From positions 31,942 to 95,941 of the IMG/VR virus record IMGVR_UViG_3300049381_000011: a stretch of 64,000 nucleotides of DNA, one strand, 5' to 3'. Shown here one piece after another: positions 1 to 8,243 of the stretch; positions within the stretch are counted from its first letter, which is position 1, and each line of letters starts with the position of its first letter. This stretch comes from a virus (taxonomy: Duplodnaviria > Caudoviricetes). The notes beneath the pieces are model-generated. The model did not search any database, was not told where the DNA came from, and saw nothing but the letters and a program-made list of their open reading frames with translations. A program made the position numbers and the translations under genes.

Positions 1-136
1 TGGACTGGTGGCCCATGGCACGGAGGTCGTCGCGGTTGATCCGGGCTCGGTTCTCGGGATCCTCGGCGACCCAGGCGTGCGCCCGGGTCGTCTTACCGCA
101 CCCCGGAATCCCACGGGTGATGATCAGCTTCGGCAT
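1..136 (-). CDS. T4 PNK-like polynucleotide kinase, N-terminal part (runs off window)
   Basis: Manual translation from ATG at 136: MPKLIITRGIPGCGKTTRAHAWVAEDPENRARINRDDLRAM. P-loop GxxGxGKT plus RxNRDDLR motif. Not in ORF track. Confidence 0.8.
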   Translation of the reverse strand, partial: MPKLIITRGIPGCGKTTRAHAWVAEDPENRARINRDDLRAMGHQS

Positions 137-169
137 GGCAGTCCAATCGGCGGGAAGCGGTGTTGCATC

Positions 170-206
170 AGACTGACCACTGTCCCGTAAATCGGCAACA
201 TTGTCA
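170..206 (-). promoter_or_regulatory. Variant of the element's shared promoter upstream of PNK
   Basis: ATGTTGCCGATTTAC on minus strand, 17-nt spacer, weak -10 CAGTCT. Confidence 0.45.
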
Positions 207-236
207 GCTCTGATGCCACCCCGCACACCGGCTGGA

Positions 237-479
237 TTACAGGTAGATCCAGTCGGTGCGGACCCAGTTGACCCGGTCGGGTTGCAGCATCAGCAGCGCC
301 GCGTACCCGGACGCCTGCCCGTTGAGCAGCGCGAGCGCTTCCATCTGCCCGTGGGGTGTGTCTGCGGCGTCGTGCCAGGCCTGCGATGTGATGGCCCACC
401 GTCGGCTGTGCTCCGGATCCGGGGTGCCGGGGATGATGCCGGCGGAGACCTCAGCAACGACCCGGGCAGTGTCCGACAT
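237..479 (-). CDS. Hypothetical protein
   Basis: ORF MSDTARVV..., co-directional with neighbours. Confidence 0.55.
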   Translation of the reverse strand: MSDTARVVAEVSAGIIPGTPDPEHSRRWAITSQAWHDAADTPHGQMEALALLNGQASGYAALLMLQPDRVNWVRTDWIYL

Positions 480-605
480 GTAGTTTCCACTCTGATAGTC
501 GTATCGACGGTGACGAGTTAATGCCACGATTTTGGTTGGAAAACAGGAAGTTGCCCTGTTCACCGGCCCTGTACCGTGTCCCGGAATGTGGTCGCCGAGC
601 TGCGG

Positions 606-908
606 TCAGCGGCGCCCAGCGGCGCGCACCGTGACAGGTTCGGCACCCATACGGGACCACGCGACCTGGCCGGTGAGATCCCGCCACACCTGCGCGGCCG
701 CCGGCGGCCAGTCGAAGCGCCGCCGGTCTGGGATCGCCGCGGCGAGCTGGTCGACGTGCACATGCCGACCTTCCGACCCGGGACAGTCGCGGGTGCACCA
801 GTCGAGCACAGCTAGCGGCACATTGCCGCCGTCGGGCGCCTGCGCGTAGACCCGGTCGTCGTCGAACCGCATCCAGATCGGTTCGCTGCCAGCGTGTGGA
901 TCCACCAT
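606..908 (-). CDS. Hypothetical protein
   Basis: GGAGG RBS before ATG 908. Confidence 0.55.
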   Translation of the reverse strand: MVDPHAGSEPIWMRFDDDRVYAQAPDGGNVPLAVLDWCTRDCPGSEGRHVHVDQLAAAIPDRRRFDWPPAAAQVWRDLTGQVAWSRMGAEPVTVRAAGRR

Positions 909-924
909 TGCCTCCATGCCCGAA

Positions 925-1575
925 CTAACCGGCGACACGTCTGGCGATGACGCGCAGCCCCGAGTTGACGCCGGTCATCGCATCGTGCTGGTCCTCAGGC
1001 GTGCCGACGACATCGTAGGTCAGGCCGCGGATCTGCAGCTGGTCCGCGGCGAGGACGACCGTCCCCGCGGGGAACAGCACTTCGACCTGGTCGACGGTCA
1101 TCTGATGCTGGCCAGGTTCCGTCGACGACAGCGGCCGTACAGCGGTGGTCATGGCCACCGTCAGCTCGTTCGCGTAGCGGGGGTTCTGGTGCCGGTCGAC
1201 GCCGACGGCGATCCGGCGCATGACGATGACCGGTTCGGCGCCGAGCGTCGGCCCGTACTCGGAGCCGATCGTCACGGCGATCTCAGCGTGGTCGGGGGTG
1301 CCCATCCCGGGCATGGTGTGGACGACGGACGCGGACACGTAGCCGCGTCGGCCGTCGGCCATCGTCGCGAGGGACCCGGCAGGGCAGACGACCTCAGGGC
1401 CGGCGACGATCGTCATCATCGTCAGCCGGACGACCCCGGTCGCCCCGACCGCCGAGACGATCTTCTCGTTGATGTGGCAGCGGACCTGTTCGGCAGCCCC
1501 GTACGACCCCCACACGCCCTGGTACGGCTCAAAGTCGAACACGTGGCGCAGCAGCGCTTTCGGTACCCGGCCCAT
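925..1575 (-). CDS. Head-tail stopper (head closure), apparently two tandem domains
   Basis: Follows adaptor; each half resembles actinophage stoppers (C-half VDRHQNP...ADQLQIRGLTYDVVGTP...RRVAG). Confidence 0.6.
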   Translation of the reverse strand: MGRVPKALLRHVFDFEPYQGVWGSYGAAEQVRCHINEKIVSAVGATGVVRLTMMTIVAGPEVVCPAGSLATMADGRRGYVSASVVHTMPGMGTPDHAEIAVTIGSEYGPTLGAEPVIVMRRIAVGVDRHQNPRYANELTVAMTTAVRPLSSTEPGQHQMTVDQVEVLFPAGTVVLAADQLQIRGLTYDVVGTPEDQHDAMTGVNSGLRVIARRVAG

Positions 1576-1583
1576 CAGTCAGC

Positions 1584-2252
1584 TCACCATGTTGTCGGGG
1601 CGTGGCCGAGCATCCCGGCCACGCGAAGGATGGACATCGTCGACGGGCCCAGCCGTGCCGCGGCGGCCGCCCGGGTGCCTTTGCCGCCGCTGTTCCAGCC
1701 CAGGGCCACGTTGGAGATGCTGGCCGAGGCGAGCATCGCGGTCGCGCCGGTACCGTCGTCGCCGATCTCCGCCCACCAGCGGACCGTTTCACAGACCGCC
1801 TCCATCATCGCTTTGATGATCTTGGTGTTGGTGGGCATCTCATCCTCGTCGACGTCGTACACCGACCCGATGAGGACCTCGTCGACGAGCGCCGACGCGT
1901 TACGCAGCCGCCAGTCCGCGTCGAGCGGCGGCGCCTCGTTGAGGTAGTGCGTCAGCTGGGCCGAGTTGGCGTACGTATGCCGGGGGTCGCTCCCGATCGA
2001 CGCTGGGCCGACCGCCACTTTCTGCACGCGCGACCCGGCACCGACACCGGTGATGACCCACACCATCTGCCACACGCCGGCCATCGTGTACGTGACCAGC
2101 GCCACCCACTTCCCGGTCAGCTCATCCCGGGTAACCGTCGCGACGAACGGCGTCCCGGTCGGTGGGTGAACCGTCAGCGCGACGGCGGTGTCGTCGTCGT
2201 ACACCTGCAGTGTGATGTCGATCGTGTCGGTGTTGCCCTCGGTCGCGGCCAT
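1584..2252 (-). CDS. Head-tail adaptor with N-terminal beta-rich (Ig-like) extension
   Basis: YA...LRNASALVD...AVCETVRWW...SASISNVAL...LRVAGML pattern; position downstream of capsid. Confidence 0.65.
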   Translation of the reverse strand: MAATEGNTDTIDITLQVYDDDTAVALTVHPPTGTPFVATVTRDELTGKWVALVTYTMAGVWQMVWVITGVGAGSRVQKVAVGPASIGSDPRHTYANSAQLTHYLNEAPPLDADWRLRNASALVDEVLIGSVYDVDEDEMPTNTKIIKAMMEAVCETVRWWAEIGDDGTGATAMLASASISNVALGWNSGGKGTRAAAAARLGPSTMSILRVAGMLGHAPTTW

Positions 2253-2260
2253 GGCTGTCC

Positions 2261-3721
2261 TTAGAGGCTGGTCGTGGTCCGGACGGAGTCGGACGGTGAC
2301 GTCCGGGTGAAGGTGACCAGCGGCGCGCTGCGGGTGGTGACAGCTGTCTGGGTCGGCGTCGCGGTGACCGTCATTCCCCTACCCGGCACAACGGTCGGCG
2401 GGGTCGGGTCTTCGCTGGCGGCGAACGCGGCCAGGTCCAGTCCGCTGCCCGCTGCCCGTACGGCGGCGGTCCCGTACGTGTACGCGTCGGCGAGGTCCAG
2501 GCCGACGAGCCCGGCCCGGGCGGCGTACGACACCCGACCGACGGACCCGGCAAGCTCGAGACCCCCACCGACCGTCCGACCGAACGCGACGGCACGGCTG
2601 CTGGTCGCGGCCGCCTGCAGCGCGCTGCCGACCGACCGGGATACCGCTGACGTGCGTTCGCCGGCGACAGCGAGTCCGAGCCCGGCGGTCACGGACCGGG
2701 CGATGACCGACGCGCCCGCTGCAGCACCGGCCAGGTCAAGCCCGCCGGCGATCGCGCGGTGAAGCTCCGCGGTACGGTTCGCGGCCGCCGACACGTTCAG
2801 TGCTGCCGCGCCGGCCCGCACCGATCCGAGGAGCCGCGTGACGTCGCCGGCGACGGCGAGCCCGGAGGCGATGCTGGCGTTTCGGGCGTTGATCCGGGCG
2901 GCCGCGCCGGCAAGGGCGAGCCCTGCTGCAGCGGCGCGCTGCCCGGCAACGGTACGGGTCGGGACCTGCGCGACGCCGATAGCCGCGGCAGCGGTGCGAC
3001 CGACAGCCTGCAGCGCGCTGTTGACGCCGGCGAGGCCGATCCCGCTGGCGATGCTGATGACGTGGTGGGGAAGGTTGGGCAGGGTCGTATCGGACAGGAC
3101 CAGGTCGTCGAGACGGACGGACGCGTTCGATGTCGCGCTCGCGGCCCCCCAGTCGATCTCACCGACCGCGTCGGTGCCCCAGCTGACCCCGGTCGGGTTG
3201 AACACCTCGTCCGGGGTCGCGACCAGCGGATTCCGGTGCACATACAGCAGCCCTGGCGCGGACAGCCCAACGGTGAAACCGAACCGGACCAGCCACCAGT
3301 CCGATGTCGTCATCCCGGCGGTCGTCGACACGACCGTGTTCGAGCCCGTCGACCGGCGCAGCTCGATCTGCCCCGACGTGTTGATACTCAGCCGTGCCAG
3401 CTGCACAGACGCGCCGCCCCTAGCCCGCCAGATCGGCGTGATCGAGGTCAGCGCTCCCGGCCGGATGAGGAGCCGCCCGTACACCTGGGTGATCGTCCCG
3501 CCGAGCGCGGTACTCCACCTGACCGACGCGACCGCCGCGGTGCCGCCGGTGGTGGCCTGCAGCGACAGAGCACCCCGTGAGGCGACACTGCTGTAGGCCA
3601 CCGTGGCGCCGGACCCGATCGTGACCAGGTTGAACGCGTTCCCACCGACAGCGGAGTTACCGGTGCTGACCGTCGTCCCGGACGACTGCCCGGATTCCAT
3701 CGTGTGAGCGAGGGTTACCAC
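2261..3721 (-). CDS. Putative virion protein: N-terminal beta-sandwich plus ~22-aa Ala/Gly repeats
   Basis: Periodic GLxLAG...R repeats; structural operon context. Confidence 0.55.
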   Translation of the reverse strand: MVTLAHTMESGQSSGTTVSTGNSAVGGNAFNLVTIGSGATVAYSSVASRGALSLQATTGGTAAVASVRWSTALGGTITQVYGRLLIRPGALTSITPIWRARGGASVQLARLSINTSGQIELRRSTGSNTVVSTTAGMTTSDWWLVRFGFTVGLSAPGLLYVHRNPLVATPDEVFNPTGVSWGTDAVGEIDWGAASATSNASVRLDDLVLSDTTLPNLPHHVISIASGIGLAGVNSALQAVGRTAAAAIGVAQVPTRTVAGQRAAAAGLALAGAAARINARNASIASGLAVAGDVTRLLGSVRAGAAALNVSAAANRTAELHRAIAGGLDLAGAAAGASVIARSVTAGLGLAVAGERTSAVSRSVGSALQAAATSSRAVAFGRTVGGGLELAGSVGRVSYAARAGLVGLDLADAYTYGTAAVRAAGSGLDLAAFAASEDPTPPTVVPGRGMTVTATPTQTAVTTRSAPLVTFTRTSPSDSVRTTTSL

Positions 3722-3741
3722 AGGGCGCCCCTCCGGTCAGG

Positions 3742-4146
3742 TCAGGACCCGGACAGGGTCACCGTTTCGGTGATCAGCACGCTGTCACCGACAGCGGCGA
3801 GTAGAGCGCTGGACGGCGACATCAGCGCAGACCAGGGCATGATCCCGGCCGATGCGGCATTGAACACGCCGACCTTCGCCGGCGTCGACGGCAGCACATC
3901 CGACCCGTTCGCCGTGAACGTCGCGGTGAGCGTGTACGTCGCCGCGTCGGTCGTGTGCCCGTACGTCGCGACCTTCCGGATCAGGCCACCACTCGCGGTG
4001 GCGATCTCCCCGGTGAGAGTCGTTTCGCCGGCCGACGGTGCGGTGGCGTCCTCGGTCAGCGCCAGGTAGTCCGCGACCGCTGCGCGTGAGCCGCTGCGGT
4101 CGCCGAGCGCCGAGGCGCCCCAGTTCCGGCCCGCTGTGTGAAACAT
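3742..4146 (-). CDS. Putative virion structural protein
   Basis: Beta-rich, YLALT...TTLTGEI...GVFNAASAG; operon context. Confidence 0.55.
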   Translation of the reverse strand: MFHTAGRNWGASALGDRSGSRAAVADYLALTEDATAPSAGETTLTGEIATASGGLIRKVATYGHTTDAATYTLTATFTANGSDVLPSTPAKVGVFNAASAGIMPWSALMSPSSALLAAVGDSVLITETVTLSGS

Positions 4147-4484
4147 CAGACCTCCCCATCCGGCTGGTGATCAGGGTCCGGGTCGCGTAGCTCGCAGCCC
4201 CAGTGAGCGGCGAGGAGCTGCCCGAGAACCTCATCCGTTGACGCCACCCAGGCGGGCGCGGCCGCAGACGAGTGAGCACTCCACACACCCCGGTTGGAGT
4301 CCGTGAGCTCGGCTGCCATCTCCAGCAGACCGAGACCAGGTGCCATAGTCACCGCAGTGCGGCGTTTTCCTGCGGGGAGCGGCACGAACGCCCTCGTCCC
4401 CCGGTTGTCGATTTCGACCAGCTCATGCGCGTCCCGGTTGCCCAGATACACGATCGTCGGCTGGCTGTCGGTGTCAGGCTGCAC
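4146..4484 (-). CDS. Hypothetical phage protein
   Basis: Coupled to downstream gene. Confidence 0.55.
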   Translation of the reverse strand: MQPDTDSQPTIVYLGNRDAHELVEIDNRGTRAFVPLPAGKRRTAVTMAPGLGLLEMAAELTDSNRGVWSAHSSAAAPAWVASTDEVLGQLLAAHWGCELRDPDPDHQPDGEV

Positions 4485-4581
4485 GTCATGACCTCACAGA
4501 GGGTCGCGTGATGGGTGGCGTCGACCGTCTCCCCGCCGAGAGCGGTCGACGCCACGAAAATGGCGGACGGCGCCCCCGCGT

Positions 4582-4965
4582 TTAGGCGGGGACGTCGACC
4601 GTGTAGTCGACCTCGATCGTGATCGCGGTCGGGGAACCGGCCGGTGCTGCGATGCTGACCGTGATGGCGTCACCGGCGTCAACGGACGCGTTCTGGATCG
4701 TCGTCGACGACGCCCAGGAGTCGGTCGTCGAGACCAGAGCGACGGCGAGGAAGTTCCCGTCGGCGCCGGCCGCGTTGATCGCGGCCGCTGAGCCGCCCGC
4801 CCGGTACGCGCGTACCGCGGTGACGGTCGCGGCGACCGGCATTTTGAAGATCGCATAGGTTGCCGCACTGGTGGTCAGGAACACCTGGCTGACCGTGCGC
4901 TTACGCGCGTGGAGCAGGCTGACCTCGCCGGCGACACCATCAACGCTGTGGACTTTGTAGCCCAT
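4582..4965 (-). CDS. Putative capsid decoration/structural protein
   Basis: Beta-rich Ala/Thr protein two genes after the major capsid; AAGGAG RBS. Confidence 0.5.
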   Translation of the reverse strand: MGYKVHSVDGVAGEVSLLHARKRTVSQVFLTTSAATYAIFKMPVAATVTAVRAYRAGGSAAAINAAGADGNFLAVALVSTTDSWASSTTIQNASVDAGDAITVSIAAPAGSPTAITIEVDYTVDVPA

Positions 4966-5009
4966 GTGCTGTTCTCCTTCGTGACGATTCGGTTAGGACC
5001 GTGCCGGCG

Positions 5010-5741
5010 TCAGCTGGCCTTGCCGCCCTTGGGGGTCTTCTTCGCCGGCGGTACCGGCTCGTCGGTGCCGGCGTCGCCGGCGTCCGCGGTGACGTCGCCG
5101 GTAGGCAGCTCGACGTCAACGACCGGCTGCTCCGCCTCGCCGTCGACGTCCGGGCCAGCGCCGGCGTCCGGGTCGACGTCCGGGTCGACGTCGACGTCGC
5201 CGGTGCTCTCCTCACCAGTGTCCGACGTGGCCGAGGCCTGCGCCTGCAGCGCCTCCTGCGCCTGCAGGGCCTCCCACTGCTCCCGGGTGAAGACCGGCTC
5301 CGCCTGGTCGGACGTGTTGACGACGAGCGCCGACGTCCGGCCGAGGATGCCCGCCGAGCTGTGCGCGGCCCGCTCCTGCTCGGCACGGGCCAGGAGCGAC
5401 TCCCGGTCGCCGCCGGGCGACGTCGCGGCCCGCATGCCCGGACGGGACAGGATGCCACCGCCGTCGTTGGTGCCCTCCGCCGTGGCGTGAGCGATCGTGA
5501 TGGCGTCCGGCTCCGGAGGAACATCGGTCAGGCCGTTGTTCGCCCGGTGCAGGGCCGCGTCGATCCGCGACTGCTGCTCGGTACGAGCCGCAAGAACAGC
5601 GTTGATCTGGGACTGCGGCGCCTCGGACACCGGCACCTGGGTGAAGTTCTGGCGAGCCTCCAGGTCGGCGGACACGCCGTCGGTGAGGTGGAGCTCGCCG
5701 GTGTTGGTGTTGCGGTATGCGATCAGGTTGACTTCGGACAC
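5010..5741 (-). CDS. Hypothetical acidic protein following major capsid
   Basis: Low-complexity acidic C-terminus. Confidence 0.6.
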   Translation of the reverse strand: MSEVNLIAYRNTNTGELHLTDGVSADLEARQNFTQVPVSEAPQSQINAVLAARTEQQSRIDAALHRANNGLTDVPPEPDAITIAHATAEGTNDGGGILSRPGMRAATSPGGDRESLLARAEQERAAHSSAGILGRTSALVVNTSDQAEPVFTREQWEALQAQEALQAQASATSDTGEESTGDVDVDPDVDPDAGAGPDVDGEAEQPVVDVELPTGDVTADAGDAGTDEPVPPAKKTPKGGKAS

Positions 5742-5788
5742 GGACGTCCGCCCCTCAGCTAGTAAAGATCTTCAATGTTCGGGAAGGG

Positions 5789-5830
5789 TGCGTGGGGGCC
5801 AAGCCCCCGCGGCCACACGGCCCCCACGCA
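5789..5830 (-). terminator. Hairpin after major capsid gene
   Basis: tgcgtgggggcc...ggcccccacgca inverted repeat. Confidence 0.55.
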
Positions 5831-5835
5831 GCTCG

Positions 5836-6741
5836 TTAGACGCCGAGCGCGCCGCGGATGAGTACCGCGCGGTTCGCGTCGAGGGTCTTCGTGCCGTACA
5901 GGCAGTCGATAGAAATGACGTCCTGCTTCTTGTCCATGTCGTAGCCGTAGATCACGCGCAGGCCGAAGCCCTTGTAGTTCGCGATCGCGGCGTTCGTCGC
6001 GCCGCGGGGCAGGGCCAGCGGACGGATCGCGAGCGCGAACGCGGTCCGGTGGAATGCGACGCCGACCTCGGTGGTCGAGACACCAGCACCAGGCGTGGGA
6101 ACGCTGATGTTGTTGGACATGTACGGGTCGAAGCCGTGGAGCCGGTTGCCCAGCGACGCCTCCGTGAGACCCGCGGTGTCGCCGCGAGCGTCGGCGCGCT
6201 GCAGGATGTCCTGCTTCGACCACTCAGCCGAGGTGACCGGGCCGACGACCGCGCGCCGCTCACTGAACGGCACATTGTTCTGGGTCAGGACCCGGCCGGC
6301 TGCGATGAGCGCGTTCGGGTGTGACCACAGCTCGCCGGAGGTGGTGCCGACCGTGGAGACGATGTCGGAGCGCAGCGCGAGGATGTCGCGGTCGATCTTC
6401 TGCGAGATCGCCTCCATCGCCGGGGCGAGGAGCCGCTCCGAGAAGTCGGTGATCTTCAGGGTCAGATCTTCGCTGGTCACCGCGAAGGAGACGTCGGCGA
6501 AGTGGTTGAGGGTCATCGGGATACCGGACTCGGTCGCGTCCTGGACCGTGATACCCGAAGCGCGAACGTACTCGTTCGCGACGAACACGGCCGGCTTACG
6601 GATCGTGATCGTGTCGCCCTGCCGACCCGCGAAGGTGTCCTCGTAGTCGCGGTGGACAAGCGCGGCCATGATCGTGGTCTCGTACAGGTTCGCGAGCGCC
6701 GCGTTAGCGATCACGTCCGGCGTGAGAAGAGTGTTTGCCAT
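5836..6741 (-). CDS. Major capsid protein (P22 coat-like, HK97 fold)
   Basis: MANTLLTPDVIA...RDYE...GDTITIRKP...AFHRTAFALA...IDCLYGTKTL. Confidence 0.9.
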   Translation of the reverse strand: MANTLLTPDVIANAALANLYETTIMAALVHRDYEDTFAGRQGDTITIRKPAVFVANEYVRASGITVQDATESGIPMTLNHFADVSFAVTSEDLTLKITDFSERLLAPAMEAISQKIDRDILALRSDIVSTVGTTSGELWSHPNALIAAGRVLTQNNVPFSERRAVVGPVTSAEWSKQDILQRADARGDTAGLTEASLGNRLHGFDPYMSNNISVPTPGAGVSTTEVGVAFHRTAFALAIRPLALPRGATNAAIANYKGFGLRVIYGYDMDKKQDVISIDCLYGTKTLDANRAVLIRGALGV

Positions 6742-6754
6742 AACAGGTCAGCTC

Positions 6755-7795
6755 CTAGCTGCCCGCGCCCCTACTGCTCTTGATCTGGGCGCGGAAATCG
6801 TCAACGGACTGGGGATCCGCGGTTCCTCCTCCGGCGGGCCCGCCGCCGAATTCGCCGCCGCTGGAGACGGGTGGCACCTGCGGCGCCGGAATCAGTCCGG
6901 TGACCTTGAGCGCTGGATCTGCCTTCACGGCTGTCTCAATTGCCGTGGAGAGCTGGGTTGCGAAGTCGGCGCCAGCCGGGTCCAGCCCGGTGACGGTGTC
7001 CATGAACCGGCGTGAGTCCGTCAGCCGGTGCGGGTCCGCTTCGTGTGTTTGCGCGGCCTGCCAGATCGCCAGCTCGACCGACTTCGTCTTGAGCGTGTCG
7101 GCGGTCTGCTTCTGCTCTTTCTGGGCCTGCTTGTGCTGCTGCTGCGACTCGGTCAGCTGCCCGGCGAGCTGCTCGACACGCTGCTCCGGAGTGAGCTCCT
7201 TGTCGGCCGGCGTCGGCTTCAAGCCGAGCGACTGCGACATCGTGTCGATCAGCTGCTGCAGCTTCGTTGAGGCTTCCGCCTGCGCCGTTTCAGCGGCCGT
7301 CTTCGCCGCATGCCGGTTGTCGCCGGACTCGCGGCGCAGCTCGCCGATGTACTGCTGCACATCGGGCGGGAAATCGGTGATCGGCCGTTTCGACATCGGC
7401 ACCGTTGCTGTCGCCGGCGGGGGTTGTGGTGCCCCGGACCCGGGCTGCCCGGGCGACTGCCCGGACGCCGGGACGACCGGTGGTGCCGTTGGCGTTGGTG
7501 CCGGCGGCGGGGTGAACTGGACCCCGGGCACTCCGGCCGGTGGGGTCGGGACTGCGGCGGGAGGCGCCGACGGGGCGACGGCACCTCCCACACCCAGACC
7601 GAGCGGATCGCCTCCCGGGTCGGCTGGTGCTGCAGGCGCCGTGGGGGCCGCGGGGGCGGCTGGCGTTGCAGCGGTGCCGTCCATGGGCACCCCGTACCGT
7701 GGCCGGCGCGCTGCGGCCGCGACCGCTGTCAACGCTGTGGCTGTGGTGCGGGGGTCAGCGAGCGCGTCAGGCGCATCCGCTCGGAGCTTCAACAT
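6755..7795 (-). CDS. Capsid scaffolding protein
   Basis: Pro-rich N-terminus, ELRRES..R coiled coil, LTDSRRF, SGGEF; directly upstream of capsid; GGAGG RBS. Confidence 0.75.
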   Translation of the reverse strand: MLKLRADAPDALADPRTTATALTAVAAAARRPRYGVPMDGTAATPAAPAAPTAPAAPADPGGDPLGLGVGGAVAPSAPPAAVPTPPAGVPGVQFTPPPAPTPTAPPVVPASGQSPGQPGSGAPQPPPATATVPMSKRPITDFPPDVQQYIGELRRESGDNRHAAKTAAETAQAEASTKLQQLIDTMSQSLGLKPTPADKELTPEQRVEQLAGQLTESQQQHKQAQKEQKQTADTLKTKSVELAIWQAAQTHEADPHRLTDSRRFMDTVTGLDPAGADFATQLSTAIETAVKADPALKVTGLIPAPQVPPVSSGGEFGGGPAGGGTADPQSVDDFRAQIKSSRGAGS

Positions 7796-7850
7796 GGGTG
7801 CCCTCCCGGGGCGTTCGGCGCCCGTCAAGGGCCCGTGGCGGGTATGAGTG

Positions 7851-7881
7851 AGCCCCGCCTGCCGGTGCGGCAGGCGGGGCT
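7851..7881. terminator. Perfect 14-bp hairpin
   Basis: agccccgcctgccg-gtg-cggcaggcggggct. Confidence 0.55.
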
Positions 7882-8045
7882 GAAAAGCCGAGCAGCCGCA
7901 GCCCAGAAGGGCTACGGCTGCAGGGAAGATGATCAGGCTGGGACGGTGACGGCCGTGTTAGGCTCTGATCCGCGGACTCGACATTCGCATCAGAGGCCCT
8001 GGTCTGGTGATTCACCAGCAACCGGGGCTTTCTTCATACCCCCGG

Positions 8046-8243
8046 TCATGACTCGTGATCGATGAGCCCGGGCGCTGGCGGCCGCCAGTGCAGATAGGAC
8101 CGCATCCACGCGGACGCGAGCGGCTGCTGGCTGGCGACGTCGTACGGGCAGGCAGCGACACCGACGTTCTGCCGGCCGGCGTGCATGCCCAGGTCCCGGG
8201 CCTGTTCGAGCGCGACAGCGGCATCATCGGCAGGGGTGCTCAT
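8046..8243 (-). CDS. Small Rmf/CrpP-like protein
   Basis: ARxxGxxAG...ACPY...AWMRSY pattern; ATGA overlap with upstream gene. Confidence 0.55.
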   Translation of the reverse strand: MSTPADDAAVALEQARDLGMHAGRQNVGVAACPYDVASQQPLASAWMRSYLHWRPPAPGLIDHES

